A stretch of DNA of 64,000 bases from Bacilli bacterium (GCA_017517765.1 JAFWYE010000006.1:58665-122664); one strand, 5' to 3'; counted from the first letter of the stretch, positions 31,652 to 42,364 are shown. The notes: generated from the sequence alone by a model not told the origin. A program made the numbers and translations.

Positions 31652-32121
31652 AACTCATCTATAACTACATGTTTTAGAGTTAAAGGATCAATATCATAAA
31701 TAAAAGGAGGCAAGCACTTTAATTCTTTGATATTTTCCTTTTTTATCCAATATAGGTGTTGTCTATCATTGTCTATACCATCAATTTTATTTAACTTAGT
31801 AATGTTATAAGAGTCATCCAAGCTTACATAATAGACAAAATCAAATTCATGATAATTAAATCCATTATGATAAAATAAATTCTCTGCGATTATAATTAAT
31901 TTCAAACTTAAAGAAGAAATATCTAAATCTAGTTCTTCTTTTAATTCTCTTACTAATGCCTTAGGTGTAGTTTCCCCAAGTTTTACTCTTCCTCCAGGCA
32001 AATTATAATAGTCATACCCATCAAGTTTTTCCAATAGATATCTACCATTATTTTCTATAACAACAGCAACCCTCGTATTTAATTTAAATTCTCCATCGAT
32101 CAATGAAATATCATTTCCCAT
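31648..32121 (-). CDS. NUDIX hydrolase
   Basis: PGGRVKLGETTPKALVRELKEEL Nudix box. Confidence 0.9.
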   Translation of the reverse strand: MGNDISLIDGEFKLNTRVAVVIENNGRYLLEKLDGYDYYNLPGGRVKLGETTPKALVRELKEELDLDISSLSLKLIIIAENLFYHNGFNYHEFDFVYYVSLDDSYNITKLNKIDGIDNDRQHLYWIKKENIKELKCLPPFIYDIDPLTLKHVVIDEL

Positions 32122-32197
32122 TAAAATACCTCCCTTTTTGACATATTCTATTAAATATATGTAAAAATCTCAACTTTAGAACAAAAAAAGGTATGTT

Positions 32198-32365
32198 TTA
32201 CATACCTCTTGTCTTTTTTTGATAATATTTTTTAACTAATGAGTCATCATTTTTTAAATTACAAGCATTACATTTACTTCCTTTATTTTTTATAAAATTA
32301 AAATAAACAATTAATGAAATAAATATAATTACGCTAATTAAAATTACCCAATCAATAAAAGCCAT
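32198..32365 (-). CDS. FeoB-associated small Cys-containing membrane protein
   Basis: MAFIDWVILI.. TM then KCNAC; ATG overlaps feoB stop. Confidence 0.7.
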   Translation of the reverse strand: MAFIDWVILISVIIFISLIVYFNFIKNKGSKCNACNLKNDDSLVKKYYQKKTRGM

Positions 32366-34350
32366 TAAAATATCACTCCAATCAGAGTTCCAATCAAGAA
32401 AACTAAAGAAGCCAATACCCATGCTGTTCCAGTTTGAAATAAAATGGCTATCCACATTTTTTTACTGCTACCAAATTCTCTTTTCATGGCACCGATAGCA
32501 CCAAAACAAGGAGCAGAAAATAAATTAAATACCATAAATGCATATGCACTAGCAGAATTAAAGAATGAGAAAATATTTGTATTAAATAAGCTAACCCCAC
32601 TTCCTTCAGCAAGTCCCGCAATAACTTCCATAGAGCTAACTACTTGTTCTTTTGCAACTAATCCTTGAATTGCACTAACAGCAGCACCCCAACTCAACTC
32701 TCCTAACATTGGATAGAATACCCAAGAAAATAAGTTTCCTATACCAGCAAGCATACTGCTTTCAATAGTCAAAGTTTCCCCATCTATATATTTCATAGTT
32801 ATCGTAAATGATGCTAAAAACCATACTACTACAGAACATAAAAGAATTATACTTCCTGCTCTTTTAATAAATGATATAGTCTTATCAAACACATCTTTTA
32901 ATACGTATTTAATACTTGGTAATTTGTATTCTGGAAGTTCCAAAATAAAAGTATTAAACTTTTGCTTTATAAAGAATTTATTAATAATATAGGCACTTAA
33001 AACAATGATAGCTATAGCAAATAAATATAAAGAGATAGTCGCTAACCAAGCATAATTTTCAAAGAAGGCACTAGCAAATAAAGTAATAATCGGTAGTTTA
33101 GCACTGCATGGAATAAATGGTGTCAATAAAATAGTTAGTTCTCTCTCTTTTTCATTTTCTATTGTCCTAGAAGACATAATTCCTGGTACCGAACAACCAC
33201 TACCTACAATAAATGGAATAAGTGATTTACCACTTAGCCCTAGTTTTCTAAAAAGTTTATCTAAGAACAATGTTATTCTTGCCATATATCCTGTAGTTTC
33301 TAAAATAGCAAGTAAGAAGAATAGAATCATAAGTTGGGGTACAAAGTTTAAGACTGCACCCACCCCTGCAATAATACCATCACATACTAAACTAATTGCC
33401 CATGGAGAAGCATTTAAATTAGTTAACCAATTAGCAACAAGATTATAAAGTTTATCTGCAATTAAAGTATCCATAAAATCTACTGTTGCAGTTCCAACAA
33501 CTCCTACAGCCAATAGATATACTAATCCCATAATCAAAACAAAAATTGGTATTGCTGCATATTTATTTAAAAACACTTTATCCAGTTTATCACTAATAGT
33601 CTCTTTATTAGTCTTGACATTAATTACAGATTCTTTTTTTACTTTTTCTATAAATTCATATCTACCATTAGCAAATATTTCTTCAATATCCATATCAAAA
33701 TCTTTTTCTAACTTACTTATTGATTCTTTACAATCTAATTCCTCTTGTTTAATATCATTTTCCAATGTTTTGATTGCAATAAATCTCTTATTATTGCAAT
33801 TTAATTTAGTTTCTATTAACTCAATTTCTTTTTCTATCTTATCACTAAATATTTTTATATCTACACTATCTTCAATTTCATTATCTTTAATGTGTTGAAT
33901 AAGATGGTCAATACCAATATTTTTTAAAGCAGATATTTTAATCACTGTAGTTTGTAACTTCTTAGATAATATATCTTCATGGACAACTAAGCCTTTTTTT
34001 TCCAAGATATCACACATATTTAATGCAATGATTACTTTACAATCTAACTCTAATAATTGAGTAGTAAGATATAAACTTCTTTCAATAGAGGTTGCATCTA
34101 CAATATTAATAATCAAATCCGGCTTTTCCTCTAAAATATAATTTCTAGATATTTTTTCTTCACTTGTATAAGGGCTCAGAGAATATATCCCAGGAAGGTC
34201 CACTAAAGTAAAATCAGTTCCCTTAATCTTTCCTTCTTTTCTCTCTATTGTAACACCAGGCCAATTTCCTATTTTTTGATTACTTCCTGTAAGTAAATTG
34301 AAAAGTGTTGTTTTACCACTGTTTTGATTACCAACTAATGCAATTTTCAT
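32365..34350 (-). CDS. feoB: Ferrous iron transporter FeoB
   Basis: GNQNSGKT, NWPGVT, DLPGIYSL, GCSVP, ELPEY, PCFG. Confidence 0.98.
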   Translation of the reverse strand: MKIALVGNQNSGKTTLFNLLTGSNQKIGNWPGVTIERKEGKIKGTDFTLVDLPGIYSLSPYTSEEKISRNYILEEKPDLIINIVDATSIERSLYLTTQLLELDCKVIIALNMCDILEKKGLVVHEDILSKKLQTTVIKISALKNIGIDHLIQHIKDNEIEDSVDIKIFSDKIEKEIELIETKLNCNNKRFIAIKTLENDIKQEELDCKESISKLEKDFDMDIEEIFANGRYEFIEKVKKESVINVKTNKETISDKLDKVFLNKYAAIPIFVLIMGLVYLLAVGVVGTATVDFMDTLIADKLYNLVANWLTNLNASPWAISLVCDGIIAGVGAVLNFVPQLMILFFLLAILETTGYMARITLFLDKLFRKLGLSGKSLIPFIVGSGCSVPGIMSSRTIENEKERELTILLTPFIPCSAKLPIITLFASAFFENYAWLATISLYLFAIAIIVLSAYIINKFFIKQKFNTFILELPEYKLPSIKYVLKDVFDKTISFIKRAGSIILLCSVVVWFLASFTITMKYIDGETLTIESSMLAGIGNLFSWVFYPMLGELSWGAAVSAIQGLVAKEQVVSSMEVIAGLAEGSGVSLFNTNIFSFFNSASAYAFMVFNLFSAPCFGAIGAMKREFGSSKKMWIAILFQTGTAWVLASLVFLIGTLIGVIF

Positions 34351-34595
34351 TAGACAATCACCTCTACTTCAATACATTCCATATCTTTCTTTCTAAGGCA
34401 CAACTCATAACCTCTTAAATAAATATCAATAGGATCTCCTAGAGGTGCAACTTTTTTTATTTCAACAATTACTCCACGAGTAATTCCCATATCAAAGAGC
34501 CTTCTTCTAAGCTCCAAATTCTCATTATTTAATTTTAAAACCTTGGCAATTTGTCCTTTTTTAAGTTCACTTAACTTACAAATCTTATGTTCCAT
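34350..34595 (-). CDS. feoA: Ferrous iron transport protein FeoA
   Basis: RRLFDMG, APLGDPI, LRGYELCLR. Confidence 0.95.
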   Translation of the reverse strand: MEHKICKLSELKKGQIAKVLKLNNENLELRRRLFDMGITRGVIVEIKKVAPLGDPIDIYLRGYELCLRKKDMECIEVEVIV

Positions 34596-34614
34596 AAAAT
34601 CCCTCCAAGCAGCA

Positions 34615-34632
34615 AGTTAACTAAGGTTAACT
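34615..34632. promoter_or_regulatory. Palindromic operator, probably for the adjacent DtxR-family regulator
   Basis: AGTTAAC-TAAG-GTTAACT inverted repeat between the feoA promoter and SD. Confidence 0.7.
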
Positions 34633-34737
34633 CCATTTGAATTATATACCCATAAAATAAAATAGCAAAGAAAATATATTCTTTTTTAAATAATTTAAAT
34701 ACTTAAATTTATATGTTAATATGTATATGGTGATATT

Positions 34738-35106
34738 ATGAGCAAGCAAATTACAAAGGCTATTGAAGACTATATAGAAGCTATTTATATATTAGAAAAA
34801 GATTCTTCTTCGATTAAGTCAATTGATATTTCAAAATTACTAAATGTTTCTAAGCCAGCAGTAACTAAAATAACTAATGAACTAAAGCAATTAGAATTAA
34901 TAAGCAAAGATCATTATGGGGAAATATCTCTAACTGAAAAGGGGAGAAGTTTAGCTATAAAAGTATATGAAAAACATATTGAAATTAGAACCTTTTTAAT
35001 AAAGCTAGGTGTTAGTGAAGAAATTGCAGAACTCGATTGTTGCAAAATAGAACATATATTAAGCGATGAAACACTTAAAAAAATAATTGAGTTTAATAAT
35101 AAATAA
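34738..35106 (+). CDS. DtxR/MntR-family metal-dependent regulator
   Basis: EDYIEAIY, VSKPAVT, LTEKG, DCCKIEH; divergent from feoAB. Confidence 0.92.
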   Translation: MSKQITKAIEDYIEAIYILEKDSSSIKSIDISKLLNVSKPAVTKITNELKQLELISKDHYGEISLTEKGRSLAIKVYEKHIEIRTFLIKLGVSEEIAELDCCKIEHILSDETLKKIIEFNNK

Positions 35107-35263
35107 AGTAGGAAAAAATTTCCTGCTTTTTATTTTGCTAATACATCTATAAAAAGATGAATATAATTGAAAAACGTCTCTTTTTTAATCCTGTTTAATT
35201 GATTAATAAATAATATATAAATTATAATTATTTATATGAGCTTAATAATGAAAAGGAGGACTT

Positions 35264-36187
35264 ATGAAAGAGATAGTTGTTGATCACTTTACTAAAGATT
35301 ATGGTTCGGGTCGAGGAGTTTTCGATATTTCCTTTGAAATAAATAAAGGAGAAGTATTCGGCTTTCTAGGTCCAAATGGTGCAGGTAAATCTACTACTAT
35401 AAGACACCTTATGGGATTTAGTAGTCCTGACTCAGGAAAAACACAAATCTTAGGTATTGATAGTTGTAATTATGACAAGTTCATGCAACACGTAGGATAT
35501 TTACCTGGAGAAGTTGCCCTACCTGCTGGACTTACTGGCCATGAGTTCATTGATATGATGAAAAAGTTAAAAAATGTTGTGAATGAAGAATGGCTTAAAT
35601 ATCTAATGGAGTATTTTGAACTAGATCCTAGTGGAGATACAAAAAGAATGAGTTTGGGTGTTAAAAGAAAATTAGCTGTTGTTACAGCTTTCATGAATGA
35701 CCCAGATATATTAATTCTTGATGAACCTACTAGTGGATTAGATTTAAAAATGCAACAAAGATTTATTGAATTCATTAGAGAAGAGAAAAAAAGAGGGAAA
35801 ACAATTCTATTATCCAGTCACATATTTGGAGAAATTGATTCAACTTGTGACAGGATTGCTATTATAAAAGATGGAATTATTGTTTCAGAGTTTGTAGCCG
35901 CAGATTTAAAGCACAGTCAAGATAAATGCTTTAGAGTATACTTCGACAATGAAGAAAGCAAGGAGTCATTTACAAATGATTGTAAAAAGAGTAAAGACTT
36001 CTCTGTTGAAATTGCTAAAGATAAAAACTATGTAACTGTATTTACAAGTGATAAAAGCATTAATAAATTGATTAAAGTGCTTGCTAAATATAAAACTTCA
36101 AATATAGAAGAATTAAAAGAAACTTTGGAAGAGTATTTTATGAAATATTATAACCGTGAGAATAAAGAGTTTGGAGGTGTATTATAA
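35264..36187 (+). CDS. ABC-2 type exporter ATPase 1
   Basis: GPNGAGKST, MSLG, LDEPT, SSH. Confidence 0.92.
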   Translation: MKEIVVDHFTKDYGSGRGVFDISFEINKGEVFGFLGPNGAGKSTTIRHLMGFSSPDSGKTQILGIDSCNYDKFMQHVGYLPGEVALPAGLTGHEFIDMMKKLKNVVNEEWLKYLMEYFELDPSGDTKRMSLGVKRKLAVVTAFMNDPDILILDEPTSGLDLKMQQRFIEFIREEKKRGKTILLSSHIFGEIDSTCDRIAIIKDGIIVSEFVAADLKHSQDKCFRVYFDNEESKESFTNDCKKSKDFSVEIAKDKNYVTVFTSDKSINKLIKVLAKYKTSNIEELKETLEEYFMKYYNRENKEFGGVL

Positions 36188-37092
36188 TGGAAGAAGTTAT
36201 TGTAATACAAAACCTGACTAAAGATTATGGAAATAATAAAGGAATATTTGATGTTTCATTCAATATTTATAAAGGTGAAGTTTTAGGATTTGTAGGGGCT
36301 AATGGTGCTGGTAAAACAACTACTATTAGACATATAATGGGATTTTTAAAGCCAGATTCAGGAAGCGTTACAGTTAAAGGATTAGAAGCATATAAAAATA
36401 GTGCTCAAATAAAAAAATATATTGGGTACATTCCTGGAGAAATTGCATTCCCTGATTTAAGAACTGGTATTGACTTTTTAAAATCTCAAGCCGAGTTTAT
36501 AGATTTAAAAGACATGGATTATGCAAATGAGATAATAAAACAACTTCAATTAGACCCTAAAGCTACTCTTAAAAGAATGAGTAAGGGTATGAAGCAAAAA
36601 ACAGCAATTGTAGCTGCCTTAATGCATGACCCTGAAATATTACTTCTAGATGAACCTACTACTGGTCTAGATCCGTTAATGAGAGATAGATTCCTAGAAT
36701 TAATAGAAAATGAAAAGAAAAAAGGAAAAACAATACTTATTAGTTCTCACCTTTATGAAGAACTAGAAAGAGTGTGTGATAGAGTTGCCTTAATAGATGA
36801 AGGAAAAATAATTAATATTACATCTATGGATGAAATAAAAAATAGAACTTGTACAGATTTAAAAGTAGAGTTCAATAATGAAAAAGATTTCAATAAGTTT
36901 AGAGAAACAAAGTTTAATATCATAAGAGTTCAAGAGCAATACAATCAAGTTACAGTTAGAGTTGAAAAAGATCAAACTCAAACTTTATTTGAAGAATTAG
37001 AAAAATATGATGTTAAATTCTTCTCTGAAGTAAAATACACTCTAGAGAAACACTTTACAAAAATAATTATGGAGGAAAATAAAAATGATTAG
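36187..37092 (+). CDS. ABC-2 type exporter ATPase 2
   Basis: GANGAGKTT, MSKG, LDEPT, SSH. Confidence 0.92.
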   Translation: MEEVIVIQNLTKDYGNNKGIFDVSFNIYKGEVLGFVGANGAGKTTTIRHIMGFLKPDSGSVTVKGLEAYKNSAQIKKYIGYIPGEIAFPDLRTGIDFLKSQAEFIDLKDMDYANEIIKQLQLDPKATLKRMSKGMKQKTAIVAALMHDPEILLLDEPTTGLDPLMRDRFLELIENEKKKGKTILISSHLYEELERVCDRVALIDEGKIINITSMDEIKNRTCTDLKVEFNNEKDFNKFRETKFNIIRVQEQYNQVTVRVEKDQTQTLFEELEKYDVKFFSEVKYTLEKHFTKIIMEENKND

Positions 37093-38701
37093 TATACCTT
37101 TATTAAAACAATCATGTAAAGCTAATGCTGTTATTTGGTCTCTTATAACTTTTGTTACATGTTGTATACTTGCTGTAGTTATTCTAGTATTAGGAAACCT
37201 TAGCATTAACAATATGAGAGACACAATGTCTAACATGTTACTAGCTTCTAAAATTGATGGAGAAATTGGAGTTAATTCAATTGATGTTTATGATCAAACT
37301 GAATATGCGATTACATCTTATGATACAGCAAATGATGCTTTAACAGAACTACTTGACACTTTACCAGCAGCTGAAAAACTTGCCCTACAAGCTTCTTATA
37401 ATACTTTAAGACTTGCCGGTTCTACTCATGAACAAGCAGTATTACTAGTAGAAGCTGCTCATCCTACAGATACGTTAAAACTTGCAGTAGCAACCTATCT
37501 AGATTTCTACTATGTTGAAGAAGGAAATGAAAGTGAAGCCAATATTCAACATTATGTATTAACTAAAGTAAAAGAAACTGTTTATACTGCAGCAATTGCT
37601 ACAAGTGATAAAGAAACAGCGTTAATGGCAACTAAGTTTGTATCTGATGCTATTCTTGAATATGAAGAACAAAACAAATTAACTCCTACTACACCAAAAG
37701 AGTTTGCAATGAACTTTGTTCCTAATTACATTGCAGATATGTTAATTAATTCAGAAGTAGAATTTGAAGGTGTTGTATATAAAGTTAGTGAGCACACTGA
37801 TAGAGCAACAATCTTCACAAGTTCTAAAACAGCAATCGTTGGTTATGTATCTGCTTATGACCAAGAAAAATTAGATGTTATTAAGGCAGTAGAATATGAA
37901 ATGCCTATTGCTTCAACTGAAGAAAAGAATGCAGAGATTGCTAATAGATTAGCAACATTTAAAGAAGATCACAAAGAAAGTATTAAAGGCGGTATAGTTG
38001 CTAAACTTCCTGCTGATGTTACTGGAGCTCTTGATCAATTAGCAAAACTTGATGTATATGCCCTTGTTGTTGGTGAAATCTTCTATCGTATAGCTGGTAT
38101 ATTATTACCTGTTATTTATGCAATTCTATGTTCTAGTAACTTAGTTGCAGCTCAAATTGATACAGGTAGTATGGCTTATGTACTATCTACCCCAACAAAG
38201 AGAAGAACTGTTACTATTACACAAATGTTATTCTTAGTTGGATCATTATTCTTAATGTGTGTAGCTACAACTATTGTAAGTATTATATCACTCACAATTA
38301 TGAAATCTAGTGCTGATGGTATAACGATGACAATAGGACACTTACTTAAGTTTAACCTTGCCCTATTTGTTACATTATTTGCTATATCTGGTATTTGTTA
38401 CTTATCTTCTTGTTGGTTCAACAGAAGTACACAAGCAATGGCAATTGGTGGAGGTATCGCTATTTTCTCAATTGTATGTACAATCCTTGGATTATTCGGA
38501 TCTGATGTAATGCCTGCATTATTAAAGATTGATGTTATGAACTTCTTCAACTTCATATCTGTAATAACTTTATTCGATACTGTATCAATTATGAATGGTA
38601 CAATGGCATGGCTATGGAAGCTAGGAATATTAATAGGAATAGGTATTGCAACATATGCCGTAGGTATTTATAAATTCAATAAAAAAGATTTACCTCTATA
38701 A
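37085..38701 (+). CDS. ABC-2 permease with large extracytoplasmic insertion
   Basis: TM1, ~290-aa loop, QIDTGSMAYVLSTP.KR, C-terminal FNKKDLPL. Confidence 0.85.
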   Translation: MISIPLLKQSCKANAVIWSLITFVTCCILAVVILVLGNLSINNMRDTMSNMLLASKIDGEIGVNSIDVYDQTEYAITSYDTANDALTELLDTLPAAEKLALQASYNTLRLAGSTHEQAVLLVEAAHPTDTLKLAVATYLDFYYVEEGNESEANIQHYVLTKVKETVYTAAIATSDKETALMATKFVSDAILEYEEQNKLTPTTPKEFAMNFVPNYIADMLINSEVEFEGVVYKVSEHTDRATIFTSSKTAIVGYVSAYDQEKLDVIKAVEYEMPIASTEEKNAEIANRLATFKEDHKESIKGGIVAKLPADVTGALDQLAKLDVYALVVGEIFYRIAGILLPVIYAILCSSNLVAAQIDTGSMAYVLSTPTKRRTVTITQMLFLVGSLFLMCVATTIVSIISLTIMKSSADGITMTIGHLLKFNLALFVTLFAISGICYLSSCWFNRSTQAMAIGGGIAIFSIVCTILGLFGSDVMPALLKIDVMNFFNFISVITLFDTVSIMNGTMAWLWKLGILIGIGIATYAVGIYKFNKKDLPL

Positions 38702-38704
38702 CAA

Positions 38705-38780
38705 TAAAAACAGGAACTATGATTCCTGTTTTTTTGTACTAATTTTTAAATAAAAAACCTCTATTTCAAGAGGTTTTTAT
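38705..38780. terminator. Two intrinsic terminators between convergent genes
   Basis: AAAAACAGGAA..TTCCTGTTTTT and AAAAACCTCT..AGAGGTTTTT hairpins. Confidence 0.8.
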
Positions 38781-38785
38781 TCACA

Positions 38786-40315
38786 TTAATCATAAAGTTT
38801 TTCTAACTTCAATGTCATTATTGTTATCTTTGCATTATTTTCAGCATTCTCTAAAGCTTCCTCTAAGGCCCTTTCAGCAGAACTTAATTGAGTTAATGAA
38901 GTTGCCTTTATAACTTCGATTTGAGCCTTTTGTTCACTAGTTAATTTTTCATCAATTGTATTTTTTAATTCATTTGCAACACTCATAAGATTATCTCTTA
39001 TTGTTTTTATTTCATTTAGTGACAATATAGTATCAGCATTATCTACAAAAGTTTTAAGTATAGAAACTAAATTATTATATGCTTCTAAGCGTTGGCTTAT
39101 AATAGAAGCTTCTGCTTTAGTATCATCACTTGCGTTTAATATTTCATATGCGGATTCAAGAGAGTCAATTGAAAATGTAGTTTTATTAAAGATACTTTCA
39201 ATTTGAGATAAATAAGCATTTCTAGCAACCTTTATAGAATTATTAGCTTCTATCTCTGCTTCATCCAAAATAGTATCTATTTCAGTCTTAACATTAGATA
39301 AATCTGTACTAGAATTTTGTTTTATGTAAGTATCTAAATATTTCTCTACACTATTTATAGTTATCTTACCAAGTGAATCTTTTAATACATCTTCACTAGA
39401 AAGATTCAATGTTGTTTTTATACTATCTATTTGCGTTTGTGATAATTCATAATTTTTAATAAGTGTATTATCTTCAATTGTATTGGCAATTAAATCTAAT
39501 CCTTTAGCACTAGCGTGATATAAAACATACATAGAGCCGATATAGCTTTCTTTAGGATTATTACTCATATTTTGACTAAACCAATACATGTAAGCAATAT
39601 CACCTGCAAATACTTTAGCTTGTTCAAATGTACTGTGAGCAATATCTCTAGCATTTTGGAATTCTTCAGTCATAAATAGTTCTATTTTAGAAATATTTGT
39701 ATTAAGTCTATCAATTAGTTCTGAATCATCTAATTCTATAGCAACTTCTAAACTTGTGCTACTTGTTTCACTAACAGCTAAAGCAAGTTTGAATTTTGAA
39801 ATATTTAAATTTTGAATTGTAGTATTATTAGGATATTTACTCTTAAATTCATCTAGTTCACGATATAGAGAATATCCTCCAGTCAAATCAGTAGTAATTG
39901 ACAATCCTAAATTTTGAGCTGTAGTAGTTATAGCAGAAGTAATTGCATTAACCTTCTCTTGAGATATACCCTCACTTACAATTCCTACAATATCATCACT
40001 ACTCAAATATCCCATATTCTTAGCTAGCGTAGTGATCTTTTTAACTGCATCTTCTATTGTGGCTCCAATAACGCCAGTCTCATTATATAAAAGAACTCTA
40101 GCATCATCATTAGTAGCATTAACACTCATTACTTTTCCATATTGGTCTACTATCAAATCTATTGAAGGATTAATATTTAAACTAACATAACCATCTGCCT
40201 CAGCAGCCGGAGGATTTCCTGGAGGATTGCCACCATCAAAACAAGAACAACCTGCTAAATATGCACTACTAGCAACTATTCCTATGCTAAGCAAACCTGT
40301 TATAACCTTTTTCAT
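38786..40315 (-). CDS. Lipoprotein with anti-sigma-I RsgI-like extracellular domain and helical C-terminus
   Basis: YLAGC lipobox; GYVSLNINPSIDLIVD..V..VNATNDDA matches the RsgI periplasmic-domain pattern. Confidence 0.7.
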   Translation of the reverse strand: MKKVITGLLSIGIVASSAYLAGCSCFDGGNPPGNPPAAEADGYVSLNINPSIDLIVDQYGKVMSVNATNDDARVLLYNETGVIGATIEDAVKKITTLAKNMGYLSSDDIVGIVSEGISQEKVNAITSAITTTAQNLGLSITTDLTGGYSLYRELDEFKSKYPNNTTIQNLNISKFKLALAVSETSSTSLEVAIELDDSELIDRLNTNISKIELFMTEEFQNARDIAHSTFEQAKVFAGDIAYMYWFSQNMSNNPKESYIGSMYVLYHASAKGLDLIANTIEDNTLIKNYELSQTQIDSIKTTLNLSSEDVLKDSLGKITINSVEKYLDTYIKQNSSTDLSNVKTEIDTILDEAEIEANNSIKVARNAYLSQIESIFNKTTFSIDSLESAYEILNASDDTKAEASIISQRLEAYNNLVSILKTFVDNADTILSLNEIKTIRDNLMSVANELKNTIDEKLTSEQKAQIEVIKATSLTQLSSAERALEEALENAENNAKITIMTLKLEKLYD

Positions 40316-40414
40316 ATCTTCACTCTCCTTAATAAGATTTTACAAAAAAAAGTCATTATCTCAAACTCATTAATTAAAAAACTTTAATTAATGCATAATA
40401 GACTGTATGAATAT

Positions 40415-40486
40415 AAAAAAGCCAAGAGTTATTTTTTCTTGGCTATAACAAATTTAATTACATTCCAAAGTTGATATTATTCCCAA
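40415..40486 (-). repeat. Displaced copy 3 of cotD-like 3' end (..NIGNNINFGM*) plus terminator
   Basis: ccaagagttatttt.tcttggctataacaaatttaattacattccaaag is near-identical to 42430-42483 and homologous to 55452-55520. Confidence 0.9.
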
Positions 40487-40507
40487 TGTTTTCTTTAACA
40501 TTATATT

Positions 40508-41932
40508 TTAAAATCCACTTGCTTTTAAAACTTCTAATAATGTCTTCTTTTTAGAATAAGGTTCTTTATCATCTATATGCAAAATACCCCAAGTCCCATC
40601 TTTTAAATCGTAAACAATAAATTGAGCATCTGCAATATCAAATAATGGAATCAATTTCATACTTACAACATCAATACCATATTCATTATTAAAATGTTTA
40701 ACAGAATCGAAATCAAGCTGTCTTAAAAATTTAGATGTAGACTTATAAAATACTGACTCTTCAGATAAATTGGATATAAACTTTGAAATCAAGCTATTAT
40801 CATTTAGTTTTGTATTATACATCAATTCTATTTCTTGAACATTTTTGCTTGGTAAAGCATTTGGTTTAAACATCTCTTCTATCTCATTCTTGAGATTCTT
40901 ATGACTGTAAGAAGAATCTTCACAACTTTGTTTTTCTTTATTATTTAATAACACATATTCAGCTCTTACTTCTGCATAATCACACATCAAATCAAAAAAT
41001 GACATGTACTCTTTTGAAAAGTTCTCATAACCGATTTGCTCAAAATTATTTTTTGAATCACACAAATATGTATCTATATATGATGATGGTTCATGAAATT
41101 CAGATTTAATTTTGTTTAACAAATCTAAAGAGAAAACACCACTTGTTAATGTTTTAATTTTTTCAATCACAAAATTCGGAACAGTGTTGTAAAATCTTTC
41201 ACAAAACAATTCAAATCCATTTTTAATATATTCATATTTATTCAAAAGTCTAGCAACAATATCTTCCTTTGATGGAAACTGTTGCTCATTAAGTGCATAT
41301 TGTACTTCAACACTTTTGATTTTCCCATTTTCACCATCCAAATTCTTTAGTATGGTAGGAATTTGTTTTAATAATTTATTGACTTCTTTGTAAACTGATT
41401 CATATTTAAACATGAATCGCCAATAATCTTTTTTTGTAATAACCTTTGAATATCTAAATTTTTCCAATTGTTCTAGCTTATTAATGCTATTCAAATTTGC
41501 AACTTTCAAACCTTCGTCTTTCCATCTTCTTAATTCTGTCAAAGCTAAATTTATATTTGCTTTTTCTTCATCAGTAGCACTTTCTAGAGCTTTTATAGTT
41601 AACTTTTCAATTGTATTTAATGATTTAAAAAAATTCGATGTAATCTTATCCCCATCAATTGATTCTTTTTTAGACCACTTTTCCTTCAACATGTCAGCAT
41701 ATGGCTTACCTTTTATTTCTTTTTCTTTCAAAAAATCCAAAAGCACATCTATTTCATTTTCAATCTCATAAACTCTAATAACTGTTCTAAGACATTCTGC
41801 ATTAAAATCATCGTTTTGTAGTTGATAGTTTTCATCGCCAAGTATGCTATATCCAATTAAATGCCTTCCACTAACAACAAATTTATCATAAATATCACTT
41901 GCATTTTTCATATTTCCAGTTATTTCCTCCAA
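40508..41932 (-). CDS. Hypothetical protein with C-terminal SMI1/KNR4 (SUKH)-like domain
   Basis: VQEIELMYNTKL...LIPLFDIADAQFIVYDLKDGTW resembles SUKH; start may be ATG 41911. Confidence 0.55.
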   Translation of the reverse strand: MEEITGNMKNASDIYDKFVVSGRHLIGYSILGDENYQLQNDDFNAECLRTVIRVYEIENEIDVLLDFLKEKEIKGKPYADMLKEKWSKKESIDGDKITSNFFKSLNTIEKLTIKALESATDEEKANINLALTELRRWKDEGLKVANLNSINKLEQLEKFRYSKVITKKDYWRFMFKYESVYKEVNKLLKQIPTILKNLDGENGKIKSVEVQYALNEQQFPSKEDIVARLLNKYEYIKNGFELFCERFYNTVPNFVIEKIKTLTSGVFSLDLLNKIKSEFHEPSSYIDTYLCDSKNNFEQIGYENFSKEYMSFFDLMCDYAEVRAEYVLLNNKEKQSCEDSSYSHKNLKNEIEEMFKPNALPSKNVQEIELMYNTKLNDNSLISKFISNLSEESVFYKSTSKFLRQLDFDSVKHFNNEYGIDVVSMKLIPLFDIADAQFIVYDLKDGTWGILHIDDKEPYSKKKTLLEVLKASGF

Positions 41933-42055
41933 TTAAACTTCATATTAGCATTATTATTATAAGAGAACAATAGTATCACGTAATTTATGAAATCTCTATA
42001 AAAATTTTATTCTTACTACAGAGAAATAGAGCCTGTTAAGATTGTGAAATATTTT

Positions 42056-42358
42056 TACAGTTTAGCGATAACCCTATACCGTTGTCTGATTTATCCCTTT
42101 CTCTTATTGTCTCATCCTTGTACATGGTTTAACCCATTTCGACTGCCACAATAGCAAATACTTGAATTACTAAGTTCTGGGCAGAATCATAATAATTCCT
42201 TTGCGGATCACAATTTGGAACTAATCGCACATGTTACCTTCGCCATATAAACTCGCTTTGACAAGCTTGTTCATATTTCATCATTAACCAATAATTGGTC
42301 CTATACCAACCGGTTCCAAGGATTTTCTATTCACCCGTACTCACTTAGATAAACTACA
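42056..42358 (-). ncRNA. Candidate ~300-nt structured ncRNA
   Basis: No long ORF, 37% GC by hand count over 42061-42360, end-to-end closing helix, many internal hairpins, own promoter. Confidence 0.6.
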
Positions 42359-42364
42359 TATATG

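Noticed and set aside
32365-32455. N-terminal extension of ORF 32198..32455
   Set aside because: Overlaps the feoB 3' end; the ATG at 32365 with GGAGTG SD is the plausible start
42056-42230. Group II intron, suggested by GUGCG at 42230-42226 on - strand
   Set aside because: No domain V hairpin, no reverse transcriptase ORF, and GUGCG is internal to the folded region
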